Assembly (NCBI GenBank): GCA_913020115.1
Contig: CAJWBQ010000009.1
Coordinates: forward strand, 38,184-102,183
DNA: 64,000 nucleotides
Source of the DNA: an uncultured Cellvibrionales bacterium
GTDB taxonomy: Bacteria > Pseudomonadota > Gammaproteobacteria > Pseudomonadales > Cellvibrionaceae
Direction: 5' to 3'
Under the pieces are notes generated by a model. The model did not search any database and was not told the origin of the DNA. It saw only the letters and a list, made by a program, of their open reading frames with translations. Shown here piece after piece: positions 50,301 to 59,556 of this stretch. A program made the position numbers and the translations under genes. The stretch's first letter is position 1. Every line of letters starts with the position of its first letter.

Positions 50301-50548
50301 TCTTTGACAGATTTTAAGCTTCGAAACTGATACTCAACAGGTTGAGTTATAAGCCTCTCTATATCTTCAGCACTAGCACCGGGCCAAGTAATATCAATAT
50401 CCACCCAGCGAGATGTTTGCGGTGGATTTAGTGCCGTATGAATATGGCTCAAGCCCCACAAACCCATCAACATCATGATCACCATGAGTAGGTTTGAAGC
50501 TACTTTGTGCCCAGCGAATAGGCGAATGAGTGCCGTCGGATTAGTCAC
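47396..50548 (-). CDS. efflux RND transporter permease (AcrB/AcrD/AcrF family)
   Basis: 1050 aa with 12-TM RND topology and two large periplasmic loops. GTG start preceded by GAGGAAAGGG. Confidence 0.95.
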   Translation of the reverse strand: MTNPTALIRLFAGHKVASNLLMVIMMLMGLWGLSHIHTALNPPQTSRWVDIDITWPGASAEDIERLITQPVEYQFRSLKSVKESGSTSENSRASLWLEFERGTDMSRALDLTKQQFDQVRDLPADMEPARIRISERRDLVAMVLLTSDGDVRDLASLARQFERDLLGRGITHIDFEALPEEEIAIQISSQKLLELGSSLDQIANAISNTSRDMPFGSIGQGQGARELRSLDQQRDVAGFKQLPIKNHAEGDLLALGEIADVRLQSRDYQVTATQNQRPGIILRVMRAPGSDTIEAARILKDWHRDIQGELSEGVETKIFLEAWLFAQDQLSLVITNGLGGLVLVILALFLFLNGRVAWWVMLGIPVSFSAAVALFYALGGSINLVSLIALVMALGIVVDDAIVVGEHSLAQFERGLSPAEAAAAGAQRMFPPVMASSLTTMAAFLPLIIINDEVVRQIPLVMLLVIITSLVECFLIMPGHLRGSFESLKKQKLLASSDKKIGREARFRKRFDAAFDHFRDQKFLPVLRWALVNRRATVCTALAIFLLAFTLLLSGRIKPELNLNLDFEYLEAGVKFASGVSPKEKSEAMLVLEKAMLAAEAELGGDIVVSHVSYDNMGFIDLEYKGGYEYANLLVELTMPNERTVNLETFNALWRKKIPQLSAIETLQIQTGNDFNSDLSLHFKGGDTTKLKEASLELQAIMAQYPGVSNVYDDMPYGQEQWIFRLTPEGRQLGLTAGAIGRQIYSAYEGHRIQLFNDDGSEVEVRVKLPDAERKQLGSLRQFPIITPQGEMVALATVANIESRRGINSIQHRNGELAVNINASVDKKITTSMTVISDLEKNVLPALLSKYELQYGLSGNSSGEGRMARDLMMGAAMSMVLIYIILAWIFSSYSWPLAVMVAIPLALTGALFGLQVLGMNLGVMSIMGLFTLAGVIVNDSIILVMAFKENRAQGMDIQTAIESAATGRLRAVILTSLTTSLGLMPMLLESSPMGEAMAPLATVICFGILYGTLLILMVIPALLWSIEHRRERRLVKAAPSSLTQPLPSRA

Positions 50549-50627
50549 AACCCTTTCCTCTTAGCAATGTGAAAATTTGATTAGCGCAGCGCGACCCCCA
50601 AGATGGAAGCCACGCTAAAAGTATTAA

Positions 50628-51671
50628 CTAAATCTCGAAACGATTGTTTCGCAACCAAACAGTGGCAACGAGCAAACCGCTCGCCACGAGCAAGCCAAAG
50701 ACCATGTTCATAGAATCTGTTACATGGATCGCTCCATTTGTCACCAAGGTATCCATCATGCCTTCGTTAAATGGCGTATGGGTACCTAACCAATCACCGA
50801 AATAGGAAGAGCCAAACAAAAGTTTTTCTAAAATTAGGATGCCAATAACTGGCAGCACCGCGGTCAAAAAAGGTGAACGCTTGGCATAAGCCGACGCAAC
50901 CAACAACCATGCACACAGTGGCAACGCCCATAAGCTAATGTAAAGAACCAAACCAAGCTGCGAAACGAACGACGACAAAATGTGTAGATTAGGCGCAATG
51001 ACCTGCCAAGGGTTTTGGTCCATCTGTGATGCAACAATCATTGCCATCGCGGCATAAACCAATTGCACCACCCAAGACGCCACTGTGGCAACCAAGGGCA
51101 CCGCCACTAAACCAACAACCAACTTACTCGCAACAACTCGAGCCTCAGATATTGGCATAGACTTCCAAAACAGGATGCTGCGATCTTTGCGGTCGGCATA
51201 AAGCGTATTTAGCAGGTAGACCATCACCACAAACCAGGACGTCACAACAAATGCCAGATGAATGCCGTGCAGGCCACTGTCTAGGCTCTCCTTATTTTTC
51301 TCAAAGAAGCTTTCCACCTGAGGCTCAGAATCAGAGAGCTCGACCACTTCACCGTCATCAAACTGGATAACGATATGTCGCTCTTCGGACTTTTTTGATG
51401 TTTGCCTTTCACCCCTGCGGTCTATGAGAATTTTCTTCTCTATATCACGATCTAATGAACCGCCTTGATCATGTTCCTCAAAGCCAATACTCAGATTATC
51501 ACCACTAAAGTCGACGTTTATTTTGGCGTAGTTAAAAAGGACCAAACCCACAATCATACTTAATACGATAACCCCGGAGAGTACGGCAGGCATAATTAGA
51601 AATGCACCGCGATGCTCCCAAAACTCTCTTTTTACCAACGTAACATTGCTATTCATAACGTAACTCCTCAA
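50628..51671 (-). CDS. ABC-2 type transporter permease
   Basis: Multi-TM protein translationally coupled to the upstream ABC ATPase gene. A large charged loop follows TM1. An alternative start is MNSNV at 51656. Confidence 0.7.
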   Translation of the reverse strand: MRSYVMNSNVTLVKREFWEHRGAFLIMPAVLSGVIVLSMIVGLVLFNYAKINVDFSGDNLSIGFEEHDQGGSLDRDIEKKILIDRRGERQTSKKSEERHIVIQFDDGEVVELSDSEPQVESFFEKNKESLDSGLHGIHLAFVVTSWFVVMVYLLNTLYADRKDRSILFWKSMPISEARVVASKLVVGLVAVPLVATVASWVVQLVYAAMAMIVASQMDQNPWQVIAPNLHILSSFVSQLGLVLYISLWALPLCAWLLVASAYAKRSPFLTAVLPVIGILILEKLLFGSSYFGDWLGTHTPFNEGMMDTLVTNGAIHVTDSMNMVFGLLVASGLLVATVWLRNNRFEI

Positions 51672-52516
51672 GCCTGCATCTTGGCAACAAATAGATCAAC
51701 AATACTGGGGGTTCTAACTTTCCCCAACTCAGACAGCGATTCCTGGTCACCATTTTCAAAAATAAAGGCACTACCACCCAGAACACTGCGTTCACTGATT
51801 GGCCCCAGTGAACGAGCTTGCTCTACGCTTTCCCCGCGAACTTCTAACTCTACAAACTGACTCTCAATATTTTCCATTTCAGCTTCAAGAATTAGACGAC
51901 CGTTTTTGATAAATAGCAGATCTGTGAGCAGCCCTTCCACTTCCTCAACTTGGTGAGTAGTAATAATGATGGTGCGCTCTTCATCGAAATAATCGTTCAA
52001 CAAGGTTGTATAGAACTGCTTTCGGTAAAGAATATCCAAACCCAAAGTTGGTTCATCCAAAACCAATACCTTAACGTCAATGGCCATTACCAGAGCTAAG
52101 TGCAGCTGGGTAATCATGCCTTTTGACAATTGAGACACTTTCTTGTGCTGCTCAATATTGGTTTTAGTTAAAAACTCACGCGCCTTATCCACGTTGAAAT
52201 TCGGGTGCACGCCTTCTAGAAATTCAATGGCTTGCGATACTTTCAGCCATTGCGGCAAGATAGCGGTGTCGGCAATGAAACATACCTGCTTCAACAATTC
52301 AGTTCGTTGCTTACGCGGGTCTAAACCCAGTACGTTAAGCTCGCCGTCGCAGGAAGATAAGCCCAACAAACACCGAAGCGCTGTAGTTTTACCTGCACCG
52401 TTTGGACCAATTAGGCCGACGATACGCCCCGCTTCAATATTGAAATCAACCCCGTCCAACACTTTTGATTTACCGTAAGCTTTAGACAGACCTTTTGCCT
52501 TAATTACCGTACTCAT
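51668..52516 (-). CDS. ABC transporter ATP-binding protein
   Basis: Walker A GPNGAGKTT, signature-like LSKGM, Walker B LVLDEPT. Confidence 0.9.
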   Translation of the reverse strand: MSTVIKAKGLSKAYGKSKVLDGVDFNIEAGRIVGLIGPNGAGKTTALRCLLGLSSCDGELNVLGLDPRKQRTELLKQVCFIADTAILPQWLKVSQAIEFLEGVHPNFNVDKAREFLTKTNIEQHKKVSQLSKGMITQLHLALVMAIDVKVLVLDEPTLGLDILYRKQFYTTLLNDYFDEERTIIITTHQVEEVEGLLTDLLFIKNGRLILEAEMENIESQFVELEVRGESVEQARSLGPISERSVLGGSAFIFENGDQESLSELGKVRTPSIVDLFVAKMQA

Positions 52517-52890
52517 CAGCCTGCGTCCTTATCTTGTGTAACAATAATGTCGATGATTTCCTGCGTACTAAAACCTAACTGCCTTACGCGGCCCAATAAG
52601 ATGGGCAGTTCATCGTTCAAAAATTTTTCTTTTTCGTTTGTGAGCAACTGTCCTCTTGCACCTTCAACCACAAACATACCCACGCCTCTCTTTTTAAATA
52701 GTAGGCCATCGTCAACAAGTTCTTGATAGGCCTTTGATACTGTCAGATGATTAATGCTGTACTCGGCGGCAATTTGACGCACTGACGGCACAGCTTCACC
52801 CTCTTTGAACACACCCTCTAATACCAAGTTGATAACTTTATCGCGCAACTGTCGGTATATGGGTTGATCGTCGTTCCAGTGATCCTGCAT
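52516..52890 (-). CDS. GntR family transcriptional regulator, YtrA subfamily
   Basis: 124 aa with a winged-helix GntR HTH (PSVRQIAAEYSINHLTVSKAYQEL) and the short C-terminal domain typical of YtrA. Its stop overlaps the ATPase gene start. Confidence 0.9.
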   Translation of the reverse strand: MQDHWNDDQPIYRQLRDKVINLVLEGVFKEGEAVPSVRQIAAEYSINHLTVSKAYQELVDDGLLFKKRGVGMFVVEGARGQLLTNEKEKFLNDELPILLGRVRQLGFSTQEIIDIIVTQDKDAG

Positions 52891-52933
52891 AACCTTTCAC
52901 CTTACTACTGCTAATGGAAATTTATATTTAGGG

Positions 52934-53845
52934 CTACTTCGCCTGATGAATATTACTGTGGCCACCCACGTCATACTCAACTTCAGGGTCGCCGTGGTAT
53001 AAAACATCAACGCTGCCCATCGCTTCAACGTTTAGCTCTTTGGTCACAAACACCTCCAAATTAGAAGAGCCTGCCACTTCAATTTCAGCCGTTTCACTTT
53101 CGAGTTTTGGCGCTTTGTAATCGCCCGAACCCGCGATTTCAATATATTGAGCATCAACAAAGCCTGCGCCTGCTATTTCGAGCACTCCAGAGCCTGCAAT
53201 TTCTACCGCAAGCTTATTGGCATGCAAGGAATCCAGTGAGACATCTCCTGAACCCGCAATTTCAAAACTCACCAACTCCTCAGAAACAACATCACCCAGA
53301 TCAATATTAGGAGAACCCGCGATTTCAACATCTACGCGGTCTGCGTGAATGTCACCAATCGATAGCTCCGCTGAGCCAGCCACTTCAAGATCGAAATCGC
53401 TCACGTCTAAGCTTTTTATTTCTACTTGACCCGAACCCATCTTCTCAATGGTGAAGTCGTCAACATCTAGTTTACCCACGGTTATATGGCCAGAGCCCAT
53501 CAACTCTAAACTGCGAATTTCCTTCAGCTGAACATCAAAACGAGCGTTCGCCTCAAAAGCAAAAATGGACATGGACCAGTTGCCGCGCTTGCGCTGGATA
53601 CGGAGAGTATCGCCGTGTACTTCCGCAATTACTTTGGGCAGGGCGTTACGGGGGGCAGTGATCTTTACGTACTCTTCATCGCCTTGCGTGAGATTTAGAT
53701 CAAAGCCGTCTTCGAGCACAATGCTGCGTACGCGGTCTAGGCTGACAGTTTTTGTCACCAGATCTTCTGCTGACGCGGCAGAGGTAAATGCCAGCCCCGA
53801 CAGACCAATAAATGCGGTAGTAAAGAAGAATCGAGCTAATTTCAT
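52934..53845 (-). CDS. DUF2807 / head GIN-domain (putative beta-helix adhesin-like) secreted protein
   Basis: Signal peptide, then repeated (E)(I/V)AGSG-type motifs: MGSGHI, MGSGQV, VAGSAEL, IAGSPNI, IAGSGDV, IAGSGVL, IAGSGDY, VAGSSNL. Confidence 0.75.
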   Translation of the reverse strand: MKLARFFFTTAFIGLSGLAFTSAASAEDLVTKTVSLDRVRSIVLEDGFDLNLTQGDEEYVKITAPRNALPKVIAEVHGDTLRIQRKRGNWSMSIFAFEANARFDVQLKEIRSLELMGSGHITVGKLDVDDFTIEKMGSGQVEIKSLDVSDFDLEVAGSAELSIGDIHADRVDVEIAGSPNIDLGDVVSEELVSFEIAGSGDVSLDSLHANKLAVEIAGSGVLEIAGAGFVDAQYIEIAGSGDYKAPKLESETAEIEVAGSSNLEVFVTKELNVEAMGSVDVLYHGDPEVEYDVGGHSNIHQAK

Positions 53846-53891
53846 AGTTATGCACCTTTAATCTAATACTGCGACAGCACCTTTGCGTGCC

Positions 53892-53915
53892 GGTGTTATA
53901 TCCAACTATAACACC
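53892..53915. promoter_or_regulatory. 9-bp inverted repeat, candidate YtrA-type operator
   Basis: GGTGTTATA-TCCAAC-TATAACACC lies 47 nt upstream of the DUF2807 start, at the head of the DUF2807-GntR-ABC gene string. Confidence 0.35.
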
Positions 53916-54065
53916 ATAGATGAATTGAACAAGTGTTAATTTATTTTTTTTCCAAGTTGGACAATTAAGGCCTCACACTAAACTAGGGCCGCGGCCGCTA
54001 GGGCCGATAAGTTGGGGCTTCATTTTTCAGGTAATTGCCCGCCATTTCACTTGCCAAAAGATGTT

Positions 54066-54102
54066 AAAAAGCCGCACAAGCCAAGGCCTGTACGGCTTTT
54101 TT
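54066..54102 (-). terminator. rho-independent terminator after acs
   Basis: The minus strand reads AAAAAAGCCGTACAGGCCTTGGCTTGTGCGGCTTTTTAA: an 8-bp stem with one mismatch plus a T-run, flanked by A-runs, so it is potentially bidirectional. Confidence 0.65.
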
Positions 54103-54119
54103 AAGGTTCTAGCATAAAT

Positions 54120-56057
54120 CTAGCGAAAGTGCCGATGCTCAATCAATTGCGCCACTACTGAGGGGTCGGCTAAGGTAGAGGTGTCGCCCAAACTGTCTAT
54201 CTCATTGGCCGCCACTTTACGTAAGATACGACGCATGATCTTGCCTGAACGTGTTTTGGGGAGGCCCGGCGCCCACTGAATAACATCCGGTTTAGCGATG
54301 GGGCCAATTTCCTTCACGCACATCTTCACCAATTCGGCTTTGAGTTCGTCGCTGGGGCTACACCCACTCATCAAGGTGACATAGCAGTAAATGCCCTGGC
54401 CTTTAATATCGTGAGGACAACCCACCACCGCCGCTTCAGCCACCTGATCGTGCAGCACCAAAGCGCTTTCAATCTCAGCCGTCCCCATACGGTGACCTGA
54501 GACATTCAATACATCGTCTACGCGGCCAGTAATCCAATAATAACCATCTTCATCACGTCGCGCGCCGTCACCAGTGAAGTAATACCCTGGGTACGTTGAG
54601 TAATAGGTATCGATACAACGTTGGTGGTCGCCATACACGGAGCGTATTTGCCCCGGCCAAGCGGCTTTAACGGCCAAGCTGCCTTCTGCGGCACCTTCAA
54701 GCTCTTGCCCGTTTTCGTCCAGCAGAACGGGCTGAACACCAAAAAATGGCACAGTGGCGGAGCCAGGCTTAAGGTCAATAGCACCAGGTAGAGGGGTGAG
54801 CATATGGCCACCCGTTTCGGTTTGCCACCACGTGTCCACTATGGGGCAACGGGACTCCCCAACGACGCGGTAATACCACTCCCAAGCTTCGGGGTTAATG
54901 GGCTCGCCAACGGTGCCAAGCAATTTCAATGAACTGCGGCTTGTTGAATTTACAGGATCATCCCCCACCGCCATTAAGGCGCGAATGGCCGTAGGCGCGG
55001 TGTAGAATATGTTCACCTGATGTTTATCAATAACTTCCCAACAACGCGAGGCTGAAGGGTAAGTAGGCACGCCTTCAAACATCAAGGTTGTGGCGCCGTT
55101 CGCCAATGGACCATAAACGATGTAACTGTGGCCAGTTACCCAACCCACATCGGCGGTACACCAGTAGATATCACCCTCTTGGTAATCAAAGACATATTTA
55201 TGCGTCATAGAAGCTTGAAGCAAATAGCCAGCCGTGGTGTGCAGCACGCCTTTGGGTTTGCCAGTGGAGCCGGAGGTGTACAAGATAAACAGGGGATCTT
55301 CGGCCTCCATAGACTCTGGCTCACAGCTGCCAGACGCTTTGGCCACTTCTTCGTGGTACCAAACGTCGCGACCTTCAGACCACGCTATGTCACCACCGGT
55401 GCGCTGAACAACCAAGCAGGTATGCACGTTAGGGCAGTTTTCCAAAGCAGTGTCGGCGTTCACCTTCAATGGCACAGCCTTACCACCACGCAAGCCTTCA
55501 TCAGCAGTAATAACTGTTTGGCAGTCGCTATTCAGAATACGGTCTTTTAGGGCGTCTGGTGAAAAGCCGCCAAATACGACTGAATGCACGGCACCTATAC
55601 GAGCACAGGCCAACATGGCATAAGTGGCCTCAGGAATCATGGGCATGTAAATACACACACGGTCGCCCTTTTTAACACCACGCGCTTTCAGGACGTTGGC
55701 CAGCTTGCACACCGCCTGGTGTAATGCTTGATAGCTAATGTGCTGCGACTCACTGGGGTCGTCTCCCTCCCAGATAATGGCGGTTTGTTCGCCGCGTTTG
55801 GCGAGGTGACGGTCAATGCAGTTGACGGTGACATTAAGACGACCGCCGGCAAACCAAGAAATTTCGCCTTTGTGCAGGTCAGCCTGGCAAACGCTGTCCC
55901 AGGGTTTATCCCAGTCGAGAAACTCCGCGGCCTGATCTGCCCAGAAGCCATCGGGATCGGATACGCTGCGGGCATACATTTCACGGTATCGTTCGGCGTT
56001 AATGTGGGCGGTGGTTTTTAGGGCCACGGGAACTGGGTGAATGGGGAACTCTGACAT
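54120..56057 (-). CDS. acs: acetyl-CoA synthetase
   Basis: Start trimmed to the ATG at 56057 ([10 protein letters not shown]). AMP-binding motif [12 protein letters not shown]. 645 aa. Confidence 0.95.
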   Translation of the reverse strand: MSEFPIHPVPVALKTTAHINAERYREMYARSVSDPDGFWADQAAEFLDWDKPWDSVCQADLHKGEISWFAGGRLNVTVNCIDRHLAKRGEQTAIIWEGDDPSESQHISYQALHQAVCKLANVLKARGVKKGDRVCIYMPMIPEATYAMLACARIGAVHSVVFGGFSPDALKDRILNSDCQTVITADEGLRGGKAVPLKVNADTALENCPNVHTCLVVQRTGGDIAWSEGRDVWYHEEVAKASGSCEPESMEAEDPLFILYTSGSTGKPKGVLHTTAGYLLQASMTHKYVFDYQEGDIYWCTADVGWVTGHSYIVYGPLANGATTLMFEGVPTYPSASRCWEVIDKHQVNIFYTAPTAIRALMAVGDDPVNSTSRSSLKLLGTVGEPINPEAWEWYYRVVGESRCPIVDTWWQTETGGHMLTPLPGAIDLKPGSATVPFFGVQPVLLDENGQELEGAAEGSLAVKAAWPGQIRSVYGDHQRCIDTYYSTYPGYYFTGDGARRDEDGYYWITGRVDDVLNVSGHRMGTAEIESALVLHDQVAEAAVVGCPHDIKGQGIYCYVTLMSGCSPSDELKAELVKMCVKEIGPIAKPDVIQWAPGLPKTRSGKIMRRILRKVAANEIDSLGDTSTLADPSVVAQLIEHRHFR

Positions 56058-56420
56058 CAATATATCCCTTATAATTGTATTTACTGTTTTTATTAGTGAA
56101 GTATCACGGAGCACTAGCCCGACCAATTATCTCAACAATAAGATGCATTGGAGAGCGGCTGACGAGTACTTACTGCGTTACGGGTCGCTGGCTTTGATTT
56201 TTATTATAGATCCAGCTTTGCTGACGGCTTCTTTTTTTACAGGGCGGTTATCGTAGCTTATTTAGGGGATGGGATACAGTCGTGAGGGGTAGGTTTGTTT
56301 TGGGGGGGCTCGTTGGGCCTAAGGGCTCTTGGGTCAGGGGTCTTGGATCAGGGACTCTTTAGATCGGAGGGAGGCGCCGGCTCAGTAGAGCCTGATACGA
56401 TGCTGCGACCGAACGCACGC

Positions 56421-56506
56421 CCTCCCCCTCTGACCAACCCGCTGCGGAACTCGCAAGGAGACGCTCAAACAGTCCTCGCTCACAAGACGTTGGCCAGAGG
56501 GGAAGG
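56421..56506. repeat. long imperfect inverted repeat (18-bp arms, 50-nt loop)
   Basis: The left arm CCTCCCCCTCTGACCAAC (56421-56438) pairs with the right arm GTTGGCCAGAGGGGAAGG (56489-56506) at 16 of 18 positions. It lies in the 600-bp panD-acs spacer. Confidence 0.6.
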
Positions 56507-56611
56507 TCTAAAAACGCGTTCTGATTGGTCGCAACATCGCATCAGCCCCTACTGAACCTACCAATTTTGCTATTTCCTGCTCTGCGGTTCTTTAATGTGT
56601 GCGATTCTGAA

Positions 56612-56641
56612 CTCGGCAATACAGTATTGGGTATTGCCGAG
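56612..56641 (-). terminator. hairpin downstream of panD (terminator-like, weak U-tract)
   Basis: CTCGGCAATAC-AGTATTGG-GTATTGCCGAG is an 11-bp perfect stem, 15 nt past the panD stop. The downstream minus-strand sequence TTCAGAATCG is only weakly T-rich. Confidence 0.4.
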
Positions 56642-56656
56642 CATGACCCTTTCGCG

Positions 56657-57037
56657 CTAGCTCATTTGCATGGGGATGGTGTTGGTGCTGCGCTCTACTT
56701 TGTTTTCTTCGGTGAGGTAGACAAGTTTGGGTTTGAAATCGGCTAGCTCTGTTTCATCAAATTCACCGTAGGCGGCTATGATAATTCGATCACCCATTTG
56801 CACTCTACGTGCGGCGGCACCATTCATGGATATGGTGCCAGAACCGGATTCAGCTAAGATTACGTAGGTGGCGAAACGCTCGCCGTTGGTGACGTTGTAA
56901 ATTTCAATTTTTTCAAATTCGCGCAGACCAGCCAGTTCTACTAGGTCGCGGTCTATTGCACAGGAGCCGTCATACCAAAGCTCAGCCTGGGTGACACAGG
57001 CCATGTGTAGTTTGCCTTTTAACATTGTGGTTTTCAT
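56657..57037 (-). CDS. panD: aspartate 1-decarboxylase
   Basis: 126 aa. [25 protein letters not shown] contains the self-processing G-S site. Confidence 0.95.
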   Translation of the reverse strand: MKTTMLKGKLHMACVTQAELWYDGSCAIDRDLVELAGLREFEKIEIYNVTNGERFATYVILAESGSGTISMNGAAARRVQMGDRIIIAAYGEFDETELADFKPKLVYLTEENKVERSTNTIPMQMS

Positions 57038-57046
57038 ACAACTAAT

Positions 57047-57898
57047 TTACTCCAACTCTGTAGATACGTTATCGATAAGCCGGGCACCAGCGGTAAACAT
57101 AGCCCCCAATATCGTGATGGCTTTGTCGTCGTGGGCAGCAGGGGCGAGGGTTTTGCTGTTGCAAATACTTAGGTAGTCGAGCTTGAACCCTGAATTTTCT
57201 ATTTGCCGGCTGGCGTCTCCGCTTAGGGTGGCGAAGTCTCTTCGTCCAGCTTCAAGTTGTTCTTTTACCCAATTAAGACTCTGGTTGAGCTGGCTCACTC
57301 TTGGCCGCTCTTCTGAGGTTATGAAGCCATTTCGTGAGCTCATGGCTAAACCGTCGGCTTCACGATGAATGGGCGCGGCGGTAATTTCTATTCCCATGCA
57401 GAGGTCTTCTACCATGCGGCGAATAACCGCTAGCTGCTGGTAATCTTTTATGCCAAACACGGCCTCATCTGGCTGAACTATGTTGAAGAGTTTTGTCACT
57501 ACGGTGGTAACGCCTTCAAAATGACCTGGGCGGCTGGCGCCACACAAAACGTCGGTCATGGTGGGGCAAATAACGCGGCTCTGGGTATCTAGGCCGTTCG
57601 GATACATCTCGTTGTCATCGGGATTGAAGAGGTAGTCACAGCCCACGTTTTCAAGCTTTTGACTGTCTTCTAGTAGGGTTCGGGGATATTTGTCCCAATC
57701 TTCGTTTAAGCCAAATTGTAGACCGTTGACAAAAATTGAACACACCACTATGTCGTTGGTGCTGCGAGCCAACTTTACGAGCTCTAGGTGGGCGCCGTGT
57801 AGATTACCCATAGTAGGCACGAAGCCAATTCGCTTACCGGCTGCGCGCTCTTTGGTAAGCACCGCACGAAGGGAGTTAATGTGGTGAAATGTTTGCAT
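57047..57898 (-). CDS. panC: pantoate--beta-alanine ligase
   Basis: Start trimmed to the ATG at 57898 ([10 protein letters not shown]). [14 protein letters not shown]-like motif. 283 aa. Confidence 0.95.
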   Translation of the reverse strand: MQTFHHINSLRAVLTKERAAGKRIGFVPTMGNLHGAHLELVKLARSTNDIVVCSIFVNGLQFGLNEDWDKYPRTLLEDSQKLENVGCDYLFNPDDNEMYPNGLDTQSRVICPTMTDVLCGASRPGHFEGVTTVVTKLFNIVQPDEAVFGIKDYQQLAVIRRMVEDLCMGIEITAAPIHREADGLAMSSRNGFITSEERPRVSQLNQSLNWVKEQLEAGRRDFATLSGDASRQIENSGFKLDYLSICNSKTLAPAAHDDKAITILGAMFTAGARLIDNVSTELE

Positions 57899-58011
57899 GA
57901 AAGCACTCCAGTATAGCCGCCCTGTGGCTGGGCGAGGGATAATACACCGCAAAATACTGGGTGTACATTTTTTGGCGCGGGGCCGAATGAAAGCTCAGAT
58001 TAAAATACGGT

Positions 58012-59418
58012 TTAGTATTCGTCGCGGTGCATGTATTCGGGGGCAAGGTTTTCGAAACGGGTGTATTTGCCTACGAATGCGGCCCGCGATGTACCAATTT
58101 CACCGTTACGCTGCTTGCCGATAATCAGCTCTGTGACGCCCTTATCTGGACTGTCTTCGTTGTAATATTCGTCGCGGTAGATAAACAGGATAACGTCGGC
58201 GTCTTGCTCGATGGCACCCGATTCACGCAGATCAGAGTTCATGGGGCGCTTATTTGGGCGCTGCTCAACACCTCGGTTTAACTGCGATAGTGCAATAACT
58301 GGGCAGTTGTAATCTTTTGCCATGGCTTTCAGGGAGCGCGATATCTCTGAAATTTCCTGGGTACGGCCTTCACTGGGGCCCGCTATGGTCATGAGCTGAA
58401 GGTAGTCGACCATGATTACGCCGGGGTCACCATGCTCTCTGGCAATGCGGCGCACTCGAGCACGCATCTCTTGGGGAGTGAGACCCGGGGTGTCATCAAT
58501 AAATAGCGGCCGGTCTTTCATTTTCGATACGGCGGCAGACAATTTAGGCCAGTCTTCTTCTGTGAGCTTACCGTTACGCATTTTGCCGGCGTCAATGCGG
58601 CCGATGGAAGACAACATCCGTTTAACGAGTGAGCCTGCCGGCATTTCCATGCTGAACACGAGCGCGGGCTTGTCTTGACAGAGAATAGCCGCTTCTACGA
58701 AGTTCAAGGCCAGGGCGGTTTTACCCATGGAGGGACGCGCAGCCAAGATGATTAATTCACCCGCCTGCCAGCCGGAGGTGCGCTCATCTAGGTCTGAGAG
58801 ACCAGAGGGCAAGCCGGTAATATCACTGCCAGATCGAAACAGTTCATCAATGTTTTGAACGGTAGACTTCAGGAGGGCATTTACGTCCTCGAAGCCACCC
58901 TCTTTAGGGCGCGCTTCAGCAATTTGTGCGACCTTTTTCTCGGCCATCTGCAATAGATCGTTGGTATCGAGGCCTGCGGGGTTAAAACTGGATTTACTGA
59001 TTTCATTTGCGGCAGAAATCAGCTGTCGCAGCGTAGCCCGCTCGCTTACTATTTTTGCGTAAGCGGTAATGTTTGCAGCACTAGGGGTATTGCTGGCAAT
59101 TTCCGCCAGATAGCCAATGCCACCCACGCGCTCGATTTCGTTGCGCTTGGTGAGTTCTTCGTCGAGGGTAACTACATCGATAGGGCTGCCAGCTTCAGAG
59201 AGGGCACTCATGGCATTAAAGATTATGCCGTGATCACCACGGAAGAACTCTGACTCTGTAAGCATTTCGGCTACGGCATCGAAGCGCTTGTTGTCGAGCA
59301 TCAACCCGCCTAGCACGGCTTGCTCAGCCTCCACAGAATGGGGCAGCGCACTTTCAGTCAGCAGCCTACCCACACCACTTTCGTGCTCATAAGCTTGTTC
59401 TTCGGAGCGTTCAGCCAT
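58012..59418 (-). CDS. dnaB: replicative DNA helicase DnaB
   Basis: Start trimmed to the ATG at 59418 (MAERSEEQ). PHSVEAEQAVLGG N-terminal motif, Walker A ARPSMGKT, and RecA-like C-terminal domain. Confidence 0.95.
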   Translation of the reverse strand: MAERSEEQAYEHESGVGRLLTESALPHSVEAEQAVLGGLMLDNKRFDAVAEMLTESEFFRGDHGIIFNAMSALSEAGSPIDVVTLDEELTKRNEIERVGGIGYLAEIASNTPSAANITAYAKIVSERATLRQLISAANEISKSSFNPAGLDTNDLLQMAEKKVAQIAEARPKEGGFEDVNALLKSTVQNIDELFRSGSDITGLPSGLSDLDERTSGWQAGELIILAARPSMGKTALALNFVEAAILCQDKPALVFSMEMPAGSLVKRMLSSIGRIDAGKMRNGKLTEEDWPKLSAAVSKMKDRPLFIDDTPGLTPQEMRARVRRIAREHGDPGVIMVDYLQLMTIAGPSEGRTQEISEISRSLKAMAKDYNCPVIALSQLNRGVEQRPNKRPMNSDLRESGAIEQDADVILFIYRDEYYNEDSPDKGVTELIIGKQRNGEIGTSRAAFVGKYTRFENLAPEYMHRDEY

Positions 59419-59515
59419 ACCGCAAATACTTCTTTCAATTAACCGGAGGGGTACTGTAAGCAAAACGGGCCCAGTGAGCAACGCTATACGCTACTCTCTG
59501 TGCCCGTTTTTTGGC

Positions 59516-59543
59516 TTCCGCGCGCAATAAATTGCGCGCGGAA
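59516..59543. repeat. GC-rich perfect hairpin between rplI and dnaB
   Basis: TTCCGCGCGC-AATAAATT-GCGCGCGGAA is a 10-bp perfect stem. No U-tract follows on the minus (transcribed) strand. A second inverted repeat, AAAACGGGC...GCCCGTTTT, lies at 59463-59510. Confidence 0.4.
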
Positions 59544-59556
59544 AAGTATCATTCGC

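Noticed and set aside
53980-54005. CTAGGGCCG direct repeat around a GGCCGCGGCC palindrome as a possible regulatory or repeat element
   Set aside because: It is very short, occurs once, and has no positional logic relative to promoters. It cannot be distinguished from chance by eye.
56421-56506. Reading the long hairpins (here and at 61865-61960) as integron attC sites, because the arms contain GACCAAC / GTTGGCC resembling RYYYAAC / GTTRRRY
   Set aside because: The core-like heptamers sit at the loop-proximal ends of the arms instead of the outer ends. They have mismatches to the consensus. There is no integrase or cassette array nearby.
56295-56555. 86-aa ORF in the panD-acs spacer
   Set aside because: It has low-complexity Gly/Arg/Pro/Leu composition, spans the long inverted repeat, and uses a non-ATG start with no RBS. 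It is treated as non-coding repeat DNA.
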